In this document: positions 6,168 through 13,871 of the stretch, piece by piece
Numbering within the stretch: position 1 is the first letter of the stretch
Layout of the letters: every line of letters starts with the position of its first letter
Source: an uncultured Pseudomonadota bacterium
GTDB lineage: Bacteria; SAR324; NAC60-12
Direction: 5' to 3'
Assembly: GCA_913020725.1 (NCBI GenBank)
Contig: CAJWCD010000101.1
Span: 1 to 13,871, forward strand
DNA: 13,871 nt
Notes under the pieces: generated by a model
The model's input: only the letters and a program-made list of their open reading frames with translations
Told to the model about the DNA's origin: nothing
Databases searched by the model: none
Made by a program: the position numbers and the translations under genes

Positions 6168-8537
6168 TTAGGTCGCGAGACCCTTCTCCTGAAGAATCTG
6201 CCAAACTTTGAAGGGCGTGATGGGAATGTCAACATGCTTCACGCCGAGGTGTGAAAGTGCATCCACAACCGCATTCGCAATCGCAGGAGGAGCCCCAACT
6301 GTGGGAGATTCTGCAACACCTTTTGCTCCTAACGGATGGTGCGGAGAGGGTGTGATCGTGTGGCCTGTTTCCAAATGTGGAATCTCCACGGCAGTAGGAA
6401 CGAGGTAATCCATGAAGGTACCGTTGAGAATATTTCCGTCGTCGTCGTAGATCATCTCTTCATACAACGCCGGAGCAATACCCTGCGCAAGCCCACCGTG
6501 GATTTGGCCCTCAACAATCATCGGATTGATGATGTTCCCGCAGTCGTCAATCGCCATAAAACGCCGCACCTTCACTTGACCCGTTCCCTTGTCAATGTCC
6601 ACCACACAGATGTAGGAACCAAAAGGAAACGTCAGATTGGGCGGATCATAATAGTGCGTCGCTTCCAAGCCTGCCTCCATACCCTGCGGATGATTGGTGT
6701 AGGCCGCAAAGGCGATGTCCTGGATGGTTTTGGACTTTTCCGGACTTCCCTTCACCCAGAACTTTCCGGGTTCCCACTCCAAATCTTCCTCGTCCACTTC
6801 CAGTAAATGCGCTGCAATTTTGCGGGCTTTGTCGAGGATTTTGTAAGACGCCTTCGCAGCAGCAGCTCCCGCAGTTGGAGTACTGCGACTAGCGTAAGTG
6901 CCAAGACCGTAGGGTGCGGTGTCCGTGTCACCCTCCTCAACCTGAATGTGCAGTGCCGGAATGCCGAGTTGCTCTGCAATGATCTGGGCGTAGGTGGTCT
7001 CGTGTCCTTGTCCCTGTGACTTGGTGCCGAAGCGGGCGATGGCCTTACCTGTTGGGTGGATACGGATTTCACAACTGTCGAACATCTTGATGCCAAGGAT
7101 GTCAAAATCCTTTGACGGTCCTGCACCAACGATTTCGGTGAAGCTGCAAACGCCAATGCCCATCAACTCTCCACGCGCTCGTTTTTCAACCTGCTCTTTA
7201 CGCAGGTCGTCGTAGCCGATCCGCTCCAGCGCAAGTTCGAGTGCTGCGGGGTAGTTTCCGGAATCGTACTCCCAACCCAACGGTGAATTGTACGGGAACT
7301 GCTCCGGTTGGATGAAGTTCTTCATCCGGAGTTCTACCGGGTCCATCTTCAGTTCCTGCGCTAACACATCCGTGATGCGTTCCACGGCATGAACCGCCTC
7401 GGTCACCCGAAAGGAACAGCGGTAAGCCACTCCACCCGGAGGCTTGTTGGTGTAGACCGCATCCATTTCGGTGAAGGCATCCTGAAAATTGTAGGAACCT
7501 GTGCAGATCGAAAACAACCCTGCCGGATACTTTGACGGGTTTGCTGCCGCGTCCGTGTAGCCATAATCGGCCAACGTCTTGATCCGCAGTCCTTGCATCT
7601 TGCCTTCCTTCGTTGCGGCCATCTCCACGTCCATGTGGTAGTCGCGGGCGAAGGAATCGGCCTGCAAATTCTCCGATCGATCCTCAATCCACTTCACCGG
7701 CTTGCCGATCAGCACCGAGGCAGCAATCGCGATCACATATCCCGGATAGACTGGCACCTTGCCGCCGAAACCTCCGCCGATGTCCGGAGAGATGATGCGG
7801 ATTTTCTCTTCGGACAAACCGACGTGTCCGGCCACAAGCGCAAGCACCGTGCGGACCGCGTGTGGTGCCTGAGTCGTCATCCACACGGTCAGCTTGCCCT
7901 CGGCTTTATCGAAACTAGCAACGCAACCACAGGTTTCGATGGAGCAAACATGAATCCTCGGCAAGTACATCTTCTGCGAAACCACCACATCCGCATTCTC
8001 GAAAATCTCTGCAGTTGATTTGCGGTTGCCAGCTTCCCAATGCCAAATGTGGTTATCGGTCTTGCCCTCTTTGTCCGGACGCAGCAAAGGGGCGTCCTCA
8101 TCGAGGGCCTTGTGTGGATCAATCACGGGTTTCATCTGCTCGTACTCGACCGTAACCGCCTCCACACCATCAGCCGCCGTATAGCGATCCGTGGCGATCA
8201 CCGCCGCGACCTCCTGTGACTGATACATCACCGTGTCGGTCGGCAGCACCATCTGCGTGTCGGACATCAGCGTCGGCATCCAGTGCAGATTATACTGCTC
8301 CAAATCTTTGCCAGTGATCACCGCCAGCACTCCCGGCAGTTCCAGTGCCGCTTCGGAGTTGATACTCTTGATTTTTGCGTAGGCGTAGGGGCTGCGCACG
8401 ATGGCCATGTAGAGCATCCCCGGCAGGTTCACATCATCCGTGTACTTGCCTTGCCCCCGGATGAAACGGGCATCTTCCTTGCGCTTGAGGCTGTGCCCCA
8501 TGCCTCCGATTTCTTTCGATGTTTTGCACTGGATCAT
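6168..8537 (-). CDS. coxL: Aerobic carbon monoxide dehydrogenase large subunit, form I (Mo,Cu-CODH)
   Basis: Diagnostic form I motif AYRCSFR (7407-7427), plus GGGFGGK, QGQGHET, GTYASRS and GAKGVAESP. The true start ATG at 8537 overlaps the coxS stop (ATGA) and follows the SD AAGGAGG. The track start at 8726 is inside coxS. Confidence 0.97.
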   Translation of the reverse strand: MIQCKTSKEIGGMGHSLKRKEDARFIRGQGKYTDDVNLPGMLYMAIVRSPYAYAKIKSINSEAALELPGVLAVITGKDLEQYNLHWMPTLMSDTQMVLPTDTVMYQSQEVAAVIATDRYTAADGVEAVTVEYEQMKPVIDPHKALDEDAPLLRPDKEGKTDNHIWHWEAGNRKSTAEIFENADVVVSQKMYLPRIHVCSIETCGCVASFDKAEGKLTVWMTTQAPHAVRTVLALVAGHVGLSEEKIRIISPDIGGGFGGKVPVYPGYVIAIAASVLIGKPVKWIEDRSENLQADSFARDYHMDVEMAATKEGKMQGLRIKTLADYGYTDAAANPSKYPAGLFSICTGSYNFQDAFTEMDAVYTNKPPGGVAYRCSFRVTEAVHAVERITDVLAQELKMDPVELRMKNFIQPEQFPYNSPLGWEYDSGNYPAALELALERIGYDDLRKEQVEKRARGELMGIGVCSFTEIVGAGPSKDFDILGIKMFDSCEIRIHPTGKAIARFGTKSQGQGHETTYAQIIAEQLGIPALHIQVEEGDTDTAPYGLGTYASRSTPTAGAAAAKASYKILDKARKIAAHLLEVDEEDLEWEPGKFWVKGSPEKSKTIQDIAFAAYTNHPQGMEAGLEATHYYDPPNLTFPFGSYICVVDIDKGTGQVKVRRFMAIDDCGNIINPMIVEGQIHGGLAQGIAPALYEEMIYDDDGNILNGTFMDYLVPTAVEIPHLETGHTITPSPHHPLGAKGVAESPTVGAPPAIANAVVDALSHLGVKHVDIPITPFKVWQILQEKGLAT

Positions 8538-9022
8538 GCGGCCTCCTTTTGCTGTTCGTTGAGCTTGTTTGCCGCGTACTGGATCGCCTTGATGATGTTG
8601 ACATATCCGGTGCAGCGGCACAGGTTTCCGGAAATGCCCCAGCGAATTTCCTCCTCCGTGGGATTTGGATTCTTCTCTAGCAACTCTTTGGCTCGCATGA
8701 TCATACCCGGTGTGCAGAACCCGCACTGGAGTCCATGCTCCTCGTGAAAACCCTCCTGCAACGGGTGCAGCGCATCCTGCTCCATGCCCTCGATAGTTTC
8801 TACCGCTTTGCCGTTTGCCTGAGCTGCGAACACGGTACAGGATTTGACAGAACGGCTATCGAGCAAAACGGTGCAAGCTCCGCAATTGGAAGTGTCACAA
8901 CCGATGTGGGTTCCTGTTTTTTGAAGATCGTCCCTGAGTAAATGGACTAGCAGCAATCGTGAATCCACCTCTTGAGTGACTGAATCTCCATTGAGTGTGA
9001 ATGAAATGGTGTGTTTCGACAT
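8534..9022 (-). CDS. coxS: CO dehydrogenase small (2x[2Fe-2S]) subunit
   Basis: [12 protein letters not shown]...KSC and QCGFCTPG...GNLCRCTGY motifs; SD GGAAGGAG upstream. Confidence 0.96.
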   Translation of the reverse strand: MSKHTISFTLNGDSVTQEVDSRLLLVHLLRDDLQKTGTHIGCDTSNCGACTVLLDSRSVKSCTVFAAQANGKAVETIEGMEQDALHPLQEGFHEEHGLQCGFCTPGMIMRAKELLEKNPNPTEEEIRWGISGNLCRCTGYVNIIKAIQYAANKLNEQQKEAA

Positions 9023-9024
9023 GG

Positions 9025-9900
9025 TTAACTCCTTCCCTGAGCATGGTCCACCGCACGGCGGAGGGCGCGTTTTATCAGTTCCCGGATCAAGGACCGCTTG
9101 TAGTCCGCCGATCCTCGCAAATCATCTCCGGGGTCAGCATCCTCAGAGGCAAGCTGTCCGGCTTGTGCGTAGAGTGCTTCATCCGGACGCTGGCCCCGCA
9201 AGGAATCTTCTGAACGCACGGCTCGAATGGGAACCGGCCCCACGTTCGTTAGGCCAAGACCGACTTGCTGGAAGGTGCCGTCCGCGCCCAAGCTCACTTG
9301 AGCCGCAACCGCCGCAACCGCGTAATCCCCTACCTTGCGCTCGATCTTGAGGTACGTACCACCACTGTTGGAAGGTGGAATCGGAATCTGGATCTCGGTG
9401 AGAATCTCCCCGTGTTCCAGCACGGTCGTGAAGAAATCCGGAAAGAAGTCATCAATCGGCACGGTGCGTTTTCCGCCCTGCCCAGTGATCTCGACCTGTG
9501 CCCGCAACGCGAGCATCGTCGCCGGGTGGTCGTTTGCCGGATCACCGTGCGCGAGGTTGCCGCCCAGGGTCGCCAGATTCCGGACCTGTGGGTCCGCGAT
9601 CATCTTGGCGGTATCCAGCAGGATCGGGTAGTTGGATTGAATCAACTCGGAATCCTCAAGCTCAACCTCTCTGGTCATTGCTCCAATCCGCAGAAATCCG
9701 CCGGATTCGCGAATGTAACTCAAGCCTGCGATGCCACTGATGTCAATGAGGTGGCTCGGTTCAGCAAATCTTAGACGCATTGCCGGGATCAGGCTGTGGC
9801 CCCCGGCCAGCACTTTGGCCTCAGAGCCGTGCTGATGCAGCAGGGCAATCGCCTCGCTCAGTGATTGCGGGGTCGCGTAGTCAAAAGATGGTGGAATCAT
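9025..9900 (-). CDS. coxM: CO dehydrogenase medium (FAD) subunit
   Basis: MIPPSFDY start, [45 protein letters not shown] upstream. Confidence 0.96.
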   Translation of the reverse strand: MIPPSFDYATPQSLSEAIALLHQHGSEAKVLAGGHSLIPAMRLRFAEPSHLIDISGIAGLSYIRESGGFLRIGAMTREVELEDSELIQSNYPILLDTAKMIADPQVRNLATLGGNLAHGDPANDHPATMLALRAQVEITGQGGKRTVPIDDFFPDFFTTVLEHGEILTEIQIPIPPSNSGGTYLKIERKVGDYAVAAVAAQVSLGADGTFQQVGLGLTNVGPVPIRAVRSEDSLRGQRPDEALYAQAGQLASEDADPGDDLRGSADYKRSLIRELIKRALRRAVDHAQGRS

Positions 9901-9901
9901 G

Positions 9902-10029
9902 CTCCTCCTCGTCTGTTGGAAGGGAGATCACTCCACAAGCACACGGAGTGCGGCAAGGTTGGTAAAGGTGAGTTCCAAGGCCTCCCCCTAGTGAACCTTG
10001 GAACTCAACACCCACCAAGTCTAGCTGCC
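9902..10029 (-). promoter_or_regulatory. Structured 5' leader of coxM: three consecutive hairpins, the last pairing with the RBS
   Basis: Perfect 12-bp inverted repeat (9969-9980 / 9996-10007), 6-bp inverted repeat (9929-9934 / 9945-9950), and CUCCCUUC (9926-9919) complementary to the SD GAGGAGGAG (9910-9902). Confidence 0.5.
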
Positions 10030-10265
10030 TTGATGGGAAAAGCCAAAACAAAAGACCCTATCGGTAATAGAACCACCTGTGCTACCCTGGGTAGGCACGA
10101 CCAACCATTTTGCCATAAGGAGCCGTTTCTGGGTATTTTTGTCTAACTTACTGATTTTTTAGAAAAACTCGCAAAACTCAGGTTAGATAAAAACTTGAAA
10201 GGTTCGATGTTACGCAATACATCTAACACATTGAAATAAACGTCCACTCCCATATTTCTCCCCTT

Positions 10266-10381
10266 TTCTCTGAATCCCTCTCTATCTGGTTGTGAGTGGG
10301 GGGTCGGTTCCTTGGTCGGGTTGGGTCTTCTCTCGTCCTGACTCCCCCCTCAATCACACCCTCTCCATTCTCTGAATCCCT
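10266..10381. repeat. 14-bp direct repeat TTCTCTGAATCCCT, two copies
   Basis: Identical copies at 10266-10279 and 10368-10381 flank an imperfect hairpin (about 10288-10360). Confidence 0.75.
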
Positions 10382-10666
10382 TACAGGGACGTCTCAGCAC
10401 GCCCATCAGCATGCGGGTGTGACACTGCCTGTGAGGGTCACGATGCACTCCTGTGATCCTCCTCCAGAACCGACGCCACAGGGGAACGGAATTCCGCGTT
10501 GCCGCGTTGCCACCCGATTTTTCGCATTGTTTTTTGGTTCACTCTTTTTTACTGTTCTTTAGAAGACCTTCACTTGAAGGTGGATTTGGAGTATGTCGGA
10601 AAAACTGCCTCAACATACCGGAGAGGAGGTCGTGTTTCAAATTTCAACTAATCAAAGGAGAGAATC

Positions 10667-12262
10667 ATGACCAGACTAAGTATCTTAATCTTAGCGGCAA
10701 GCATCGTAGTGTTGTCAACAACGCAAGTCCATGCCCAGAGCGGGACATTCCGCCAATCCCACGACGTTGGGTTTGGCGCGGAGGCTATAAACGTCGACCC
10801 CATTTCTTCGGGTCGCTTCTGGCAAGTCACTGAGAAGACGATGAGCCGCCTGGTTCGACCAGGCACGAGTGGAAAGCCGGAGTCGAATCTGGCGACGGAG
10901 TGGTCGGCAAACGAGACCGCAACCGAATGGACCTTCAAGTTGCGTGAAGGAGTCAAATTCCACGATGGATCCGACTTCGACGCGGATGACGTGGTTTATA
11001 CGTTGGAACGCGTCAAAGACCCCGAACTCGCTTCGCCGGCCGCGTCGGTCATCGCGATGGTAGACACGATAGAGGCCGTTGACCCGTTGACCGTCAAGAT
11101 GACGCTCAAGGCACCTTACGCGGATCTCCCGTTGCAGCTGATGGATTATCGTATTCGGATGATCCCGGAAGGTTCGGCGAACAAGCACCATAAGACGCTA
11201 CGCTCGGAGATCGACAAATGGCGCTCCGAAGGTCTCATCGATGCCGGGCTCGCCGATCGACTCCGAAAGCGATATGTAACCATCGAAACGACGGGGATCG
11301 GAACCGGGCCCTTTATTCAGGTAACGCTCGATCCCGGAGGAACGACCGTTCTGAAGGCGAATCCCGACTATTGGGAGGGGCCGCCGGGTGTCGAGACCGT
11401 TGAGATCATCGGCATTGCGGATACGCAAGCGCGCGTGCAAGCGTTGCTGAGTGGCCAGATCGACATGCTGGGCTATGGTGATCTGTCCGGACAACAGTTA
11501 CCGCTCTTCAAGGACAACCCGAAGTTCAAGGTGCATAGCGTGCCCACAGGCGATTGGCAGGGCATCGTCTTCCGAACCGACACCGAGCCTTTCACCGACG
11601 CCCGCGTCCGCAGGGCGCTGCGCATAGCAACCGATCGTCAGGCCCTCATCGACCTTGTTCTAGGCCCCGATGGCGGCGTCGTCTCCTGTGATCATCCGGT
11701 GTGGACGGGCGATCAATATCGCGCGCCGTTCGATTGCCCACCGCAGATCGATGAGGCCAAGCGGCTGCTCGCCGAAGCCGGTTATCCCGACGGCATCGAA
11801 ATCGACGTCACCACCAGTGATCTCAGAGCCACCTGGATCGATATGGTGCAGGTCTACCAGCAACAGGTCGCACAGGCCGGCATCAAAGTCAACATAGTGA
11901 AGGCCCCGGGGGACGGATATTGGTCGGAAGTCTGGATGAAGAAGCCAGTAGTGACCACTAGCTGGGGGCAGCGGCCCGCCGATCAGATTCTAAACGAAGA
12001 CTACCGCGGCGGCGCGACTTGGAACGAAACATACTGGAACCGTGCCGATTTCGACAAGCTGCTGGACCAGGCGCGGACGGAGCTCGACTTCGATAAACGT
12101 AAGGCTTTGTACCATAAGCTGCAAAGGATACTTTACGAGGAGGGCGGATCGTTCATCCCCTTCCACGTCAACCAGGCCGTTGCTACGACCGCCAGAGTTT
12201 CGGGCCTACAGGCGGTGTTTACAGACGCCGTCCGCTACCACCTGGTGCACGTAAGCGACTAG
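10667..12262 (+). CDS. ABC transporter solute-binding protein, family 5 (Opp/Dpp/Nik-like)
   Basis: SD AAAGGAG (10654-10660); Sec signal peptide ending VHA|Q; family-5 signature LATEWSAN...WTFKLREGVKFHDGSDFDADDV; GTGPF; DARVRRAL; AKRLLAEAGYPDG. Confidence 0.93.
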   Translation: MTRLSILILAASIVVLSTTQVHAQSGTFRQSHDVGFGAEAINVDPISSGRFWQVTEKTMSRLVRPGTSGKPESNLATEWSANETATEWTFKLREGVKFHDGSDFDADDVVYTLERVKDPELASPAASVIAMVDTIEAVDPLTVKMTLKAPYADLPLQLMDYRIRMIPEGSANKHHKTLRSEIDKWRSEGLIDAGLADRLRKRYVTIETTGIGTGPFIQVTLDPGGTTVLKANPDYWEGPPGVETVEIIGIADTQARVQALLSGQIDMLGYGDLSGQQLPLFKDNPKFKVHSVPTGDWQGIVFRTDTEPFTDARVRRALRIATDRQALIDLVLGPDGGVVSCDHPVWTGDQYRAPFDCPPQIDEAKRLLAEAGYPDGIEIDVTTSDLRATWIDMVQVYQQQVAQAGIKVNIVKAPGDGYWSEVWMKKPVVTTSWGQRPADQILNEDYRGGATWNETYWNRADFDKLLDQARTELDFDKRKALYHKLQRILYEEGGSFIPFHVNQAVATTARVSGLQAVFTDAVRYHLVHVSD

Positions 12263-12410
12263 GTGGAGGACCACGCTCAAGGACCGGGCACGTGACGTTC
12301 AGGTCCGATTTAAACCGGGTCAGGGCGGCATGAACCGCGCCCGGAAGGCTAAAGCGTGACTGTCTTTGGAACGCTTGGCGGGCTCGGGACATGGCTTTAC
12401 GGGGGGTGGA

Positions 12411-13331
12411 ATGAAAATCGTCAGCTACAATATTCGTTTCGGACTGGGACTCGACCAGCGATACGATCTTGGGCGCATCGCCGATACCGTGCGCGATGCC
12501 GACATCATCGGCTTGCAGGAGGTCGAACGCAATTGGAAGCGAAGCGGCATGAGTGATCAGCCGGACATTCTTGGCGGGTATTTGAAGGAGTTCTACTGGG
12601 TCTACTGTCCCGCGTTCGATATGGACGCCAGCGGACGCAACGTAGACGGGACGGTGTTCAATCGGCGGCGTCAATTTGGCCCCATGCTGTTGTCCCGTTG
12701 GCCGATTCGCGTGGCTCGTCTCATCTTGCTTCCAAAACTCGGCACGGTGGACCGTCTAAACATGGATACGGGAGGAATCGAGTGTGTTATCGACGCGCCT
12801 TCGGGTCCGCTACGGGTCTATTCCGTCCACCTCTCGGCCGTCTCGACCCGGGAACGGCTCATACAAATCGATCGATTGCTTGAATACCACCGTAGCGCTC
12901 AAGTGAGCGGCGGCGCCTGGACCGGTGTCGGAACAAGTGTCGATCCCATCGAGGCCAAGCATTTCGCCGATCAGGACTGGTCCAATGGTGAGGCGCCGCC
13001 GCCCATGCCCAAAGAAGCAATCATCATGGGCGATTTCAACAGCGTATCCGAGAGCGACGAATACGTGCGGATGGTCGGTGAAATCGATCTCAGCTACGGC
13101 CGGGTTGCGCATCTGGACGGCTTCGTCGATAGCTGGACGGTGGCAAACGACGGTTGCGATGATCCCATCACCTGGTGGCCCGACCCGCCCGAGCGTTCGC
13201 CCGGCCATGGCGTGAGGCTGGATTATTGTTTTGTCAGTCCTGACTTGGCGCACAAGATCAAGGGGGCATGGGTCGACAGTGCCCCCATAGGCTCCGATCA
13301 TCGCCCCTATTGGGTTGAACTGGATCTCTAG
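12411..13331 (+). CDS. Endonuclease/exonuclease/phosphatase (EEP) family metal-dependent hydrolase
   Basis: MKIVSYNI, GLQEV, SVHL, MGDFN, RLDY and GSDHRP motifs. ATG at 12411 follows a G-rich SD-like run and is preferred to the track TTG at 12366. No signal peptide. Confidence 0.92.
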   Translation: MKIVSYNIRFGLGLDQRYDLGRIADTVRDADIIGLQEVERNWKRSGMSDQPDILGGYLKEFYWVYCPAFDMDASGRNVDGTVFNRRRQFGPMLLSRWPIRVARLILLPKLGTVDRLNMDTGGIECVIDAPSGPLRVYSVHLSAVSTRERLIQIDRLLEYHRSAQVSGGAWTGVGTSVDPIEAKHFADQDWSNGEAPPPMPKEAIIMGDFNSVSESDEYVRMVGEIDLSYGRVAHLDGFVDSWTVANDGCDDPITWWPDPPERSPGHGVRLDYCFVSPDLAHKIKGAWVDSAPIGSDHRPYWVELDL

Positions 13332-13360
13332 ATCATTCTAAGCCATGAACAGGGGTCGAA

Positions 13361-13871
13361 ATGGTTAGGCTAATTGCCCGCAGGCTGGCACTCGGCGTTT
13401 TGACGATCTTGCTTGTCTCAGGCATTATCTTCGTGGGTGTTGAGGTGCTGCCCGGCGATGCCTGCACCGCCTATCTGGGGCGGATGGCCCAAGGAAAGAG
13501 GCTGGAGAATTGTCGCCGAGATTTTGGGCTTGAACGGCCTGCCCTGACACGCTACGCCGAATGGGCCCTCGGCGCAGTCCGAGGCGATTTCGGCGTCTCC
13601 CTCAAGCGCAAGACGCCAATCTCAGAAACCGTTGGCACGCGTTTCCGTAATACGATCATCCTCGGCGTTACCGCGTCGATAATAGGTATTCCACTCGCCA
13701 TCCTGCTTGGGATTATCGCGGCCCTATGGCGAGATCGCCTCCCCGATTTGTGGATATCCACCACAGCGATCTTCGCCATGACGATCCCGGAGTTTGTGAG
13801 CTCCACGGTTTTAATCTTGATTTTCAGCGTCTGGCTCGGATGGCTCCCCGGAATCGTAATTACTCGACCCG
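13361..13871 (+). CDS. ABC transporter permease, DppB/OppB-like (3' truncated by window edge)
   Basis: Not in the ORF track because it is open at the edge. Hand translation: MVRLIARRLALGVLTILLVSGIIFVGVEVLPGDAC...FGLERP...RY..W...AVRGDFGVSL...RFRNTIILG...IPEF...LILIFSVWLGWLP, typical of the OppB/DppB N-terminal half. Confidence 0.92.
   Translation, partial: MVRLIARRLALGVLTILLVSGIIFVGVEVLPGDACTAYLGRMAQGKRLENCRRDFGLERPALTRYAEWALGAVRGDFGVSLKRKTPISETVGTRFRNTIILGVTASIIGIPLAILLGIIAALWRDRLPDLWISTTAIFAMTIPEFVSSTVLILIFSVWLGWLPGIVITRP

Noticed and set aside
6097..6204. N-terminal extension of XdhC-YHS in the ORF track
   Set aside because: TTG start lies inside coxL and the extension crosses an intergenic hairpin. 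XdhC-like sequence begins at MIDEF (6096).
8538..8726. 63-aa N-terminal extension of CoxL in the ORF track
   Set aside because: Overlaps coxS in another frame. The ATG at 8537 has a strong SD and an ATGA overlap with the coxS stop.
9904..9927. Plus-strand CCTCCTCGTCTGTTGGAAGGGAGA resembling the 3' end of the Moco RNA motif
   Set aside because: Wrong strand relative to coxM, and the upstream part would lie in the coxM coding sequence. Better explained by the SD/anti-SD hairpin.
10266..10381. CRISPR array
   Set aside because: Only two 14-bp repeats with an 88-bp gap and no cas genes.
9865..10833. Short intergenic ORFs (9865-10146, 10296-10562, 10453-10833)
   Set aside because: Non-ATG starts, no recognisable motifs, and they overlap structured or AT-rich regulatory sequence or real genes.

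Overview
The minus strand (9900 to 1053) carries a tightly coupled aerobic form I Mo,Cu carbon monoxide dehydrogenase operon: coxM-coxS-coxL (CoxL active-site motif AYRCSFR), followed by an unusual maturation block of XdhC/CoxF-family protein with a C-terminal YHS/TRASH domain, MocA-type MCD synthase, a second XdhC-family protein, a group II cysteine desulfurase (SufS), a SufU-type protein and a CoxD/MoxR AAA+ ATPase. No coxE or coxG is present, and the operon runs head-on into a hypothetical bitopic membrane protein with a Cys-rich C-terminus. Divergently on the plus strand is a family-5 (Opp/Dpp-like) ABC importer operon: solute-binding protein, EEP-family phosphoesterase, then a permease truncated by the window edge. 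The most interesting observation is the translationally coupled XdhC-SufS-SufU module, a candidate dedicated sulfur relay for the Mo-S-Cu site, with the YHS domain as a candidate Cu carrier. Also notable are a ~32-aa foreign-looking (DUF2157 N-terminus-like) in-frame insertion in the solute-binding protein, a structured coxM leader that hides the RBS, a repeat-flanked hairpin array in the divergent intergenic region, and REP-like palindromes inside the operon. All family assignments come from motif recognition by eye; no database search was run.
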